A DNA stretch of 64,000 bases, from NCBI GenBank assembly GCA_035531615.1, contig DATKSQ010000106.1, forward strand, positions 5,389 to 69,388, written 5' to 3'. Source of the stretch: Candidatus Binataceae bacterium (GTDB taxonomy: Bacteria > Desulfobacterota > Binatia > Binatales > Binataceae). Below the pieces are notes generated by a model, which was given only the letters and a program-made list of their open reading frames with translations, made no database searches and was not told where the DNA came from. Both the position numbers and the translations under genes were made by a program. Below, in pieces: positions 62,587 to 64,000 of this stretch. Position 1 is the first letter of the stretch, and each line of letters begins with the position of its first letter.

Positions 62587-64000
62587 ATGAGCACAATCGT
62601 ATCCACCACTTACGGAAAGCTCGAAGGCGAAGGCCAATCCGACCTGTGCGTGTTCAAAGGAATTCCGTTCGCGGCTCCGCCCGCAGGAGCGCGCCGATGG
62701 ACCGCGCCGGAAAAGCCCGCGTCGTGGCAGGGCGTTCGCGATGCGCGCGCGTTCGGTGGCGTCGCCCCGCAAAATAGCATGATGAACGGCGCGCTCGCCG
62801 CGATGGTCGTGGACGGCGCGCAATCAGAGGATTGCCTCTACCTGAACGTATGGACTCCCCGATGCGACACCGCGCGGCGCCCCGTGATGGTCTGGATTCA
62901 CGGCGGAGCATTCGCGATCGGCTCCGGCTCGCAGCCAATCTATGATGGCGCGACTCTCGCGCGCCGCGGCGACGCCGTGGTGGTGACGATCAACTATCGG
63001 CTCGCAGCGCTGGGCTTTCTGCGCCTGAGCGATTTGACCGGCGGCAAAATTCCGGCCAGCGGCAACGAGGGAATTCTCGATCAGATCGCGGCGCTCCAAT
63101 GGGTGCGCGACAATATCGCCGGCTTCGGCGGCGACCCCGAAAACGTCACGATCTTCGGCGAATCAGCCGGCGCGATGAGCGTCGGCACTATTCTCGCGAT
63201 GCCCGCCGCGCGCGGCCTGTTCCACAAAGCGATCCCGCAAAGCGGCGCGTGCCACACCGGCGCCACCTGCGACGCCGCCAACCAAAAGGCCGAGCGGATT
63301 CTCGCGCGGCTGGGAGTGCGCCCATCTGATAGCGACGCGATTGCCGCGCTCACGCCCGCGCAGTTGCTCAAGGGCACGCTGATGCCTGACGGCGTTACGC
63401 CCGACCCGCAACTAGGGATGGCGTATCAGCCGGTGATCGACGGCGCGCATGTCCCCAAGGTCGCGCTCGAGATGGTCGCGGGCGGCTCGGCCGATGGCGT
63501 CGCGATCATGGCGGGCTCGACGCTCGAGGAGTGGAAGCTGTTCGCCGCGATGGATCCGGGGCTTCCCAAGCTCGACCGCGCCGGGCTGGCGGCGCGCTTC
63601 GGCAAACGCTTCGGCGCGGAAACCGCGGCGGGACTTATCGAGAACTACACCCGCGCGCGCACCGAGCGCGGCGACGCCGCCACGCCGCAGGAGCTATTCT
63701 CCGCGATCGAGACCGATCGCGTGTTCCGGATGCCCGCGGTGCGGCTCGCCGAGACTCACGGCCGCCGCAACGGACGAATCTTCAATTATCTGTTCACCTG
63801 GAAGTCGCCTGCTATGGGCGGGATGCTCGGCTCGTGCCACGCGCTCGAACTGGGCTTCGTGTTCGGCACCAATCATATAGCGGGGATGCCGCCATTCGCG
63901 GGCAGCGGCCCGGCGGCCGAGAAGCTGGCGGCCCAGATGCAGGACGCGTGGATCGCATTCGCGCGCACCGGAAATCCCGCCTGCGAGAGTATCGGCGACT
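62587..64000 (+). CDS. carboxylesterase type B (para-nitrobenzyl-esterase-like), C-terminus beyond the window
   Basis: ATG at 62587. YGKLEG...FKGIPFAAPP, EDCLYLNVW, WIHGGAFAIGSG and the nucleophile elbow FGESAGA. It is not in the track because no stop lies in the window. Confidence 0.88.
   Translation, partial: MSTIVSTTYGKLEGEGQSDLCVFKGIPFAAPPAGARRWTAPEKPASWQGVRDARAFGGVAPQNSMMNGALAAMVVDGAQSEDCLYLNVWTPRCDTARRPVMVWIHGGAFAIGSGSQPIYDGATLARRGDAVVVTINYRLAALGFLRLSDLTGGKIPASGNEGILDQIAALQWVRDNIAGFGGDPENVTIFGESAGAMSVGTILAMPAARGLFHKAIPQSGACHTGATCDAANQKAERILARLGVRPSDSDAIAALTPAQLLKGTLMPDGVTPDPQLGMAYQPVIDGAHVPKVALEMVAGGSADGVAIMAGSTLEEWKLFAAMDPGLPKLDRAGLAARFGKRFGAETAAGLIENYTRARTERGDAATPQELFSAIETDRVFRMPAVRLAETHGRRNGRIFNYLFTWKSPAMGGMLGSCHALELGFVFGTNHIAGMPPFAGSGPAAEKLAAQMQDAWIAFARTGNPACESIGD

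Overview
High-GC bacterial chromosomal segment with about 65 protein-coding genes. I saw no rRNA, tRNA or CRISPR array by eye, and I cannot assign a taxon from the sequence alone.

Main blocks:
1. A hopanoid biosynthesis supercluster at ~11.4-24.6 kb: hpnK, hpnG, a DUF422/CruF-like membrane protein, hpnA-hpnE-hpnD-hpnC, dxr, shc, a Zn-ADH, a polyprenyl synthase and hpnH, followed by a TetR regulator. A separate B12-radical-SAM gene at 4.5-6.1 kb may be a hopanoid methylase.
2. A divergent seven-gene orphan cluster at 29.8-36.9 kb. One arm is HAD / nucleotidyltransferase / ATP-grasp / class-III aminotransferase / HAD-IIIA. The other arm is a CDP-alcohol phosphotransferase fusion plus a second B12-radical-SAM enzyme. 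I cannot match it to a characterised pathway.
3. A visibly AT-richer, repeat-dense accessory island at ~36.9-42.7 kb. It holds MITE/REP-like palindromic repeats and a DUF4160/DUF2442 pair. It also holds a PD-(D/E)xK (HSDR_N-like) nuclease gene whose first 12 codons and leader are a ~125-bp duplicate of the 5-prime end of the neighbouring amidohydrolase gene. Next to that is a translationally coupled pair of a DUF4062/TIR-like protein and an unplaceable 159-aa protein. This pair is my best candidate for an undescribed conflict or defence module.
4. A smaller AT-rich islet at ~27.1-28.0 kb (DUF6338-like membrane protein plus a tiny Pro-rich ORF) and a VapBC-type toxin-antitoxin pair.
5. A MoxR / DUF58 / DUF4350 / DUF4129 / RDD / SpoIIM-like envelope cluster at 46.6-53.3 kb.
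6. Ordinary oxidoreductase and hydrolase genes elsewhere.

Many long ORFs in the supplied track are antisense shadows or N-terminal over-extensions typical of high-GC DNA, and I trimmed or rejected them. All family assignments come from motifs read in the translations and from memory of the families. No database search was run.
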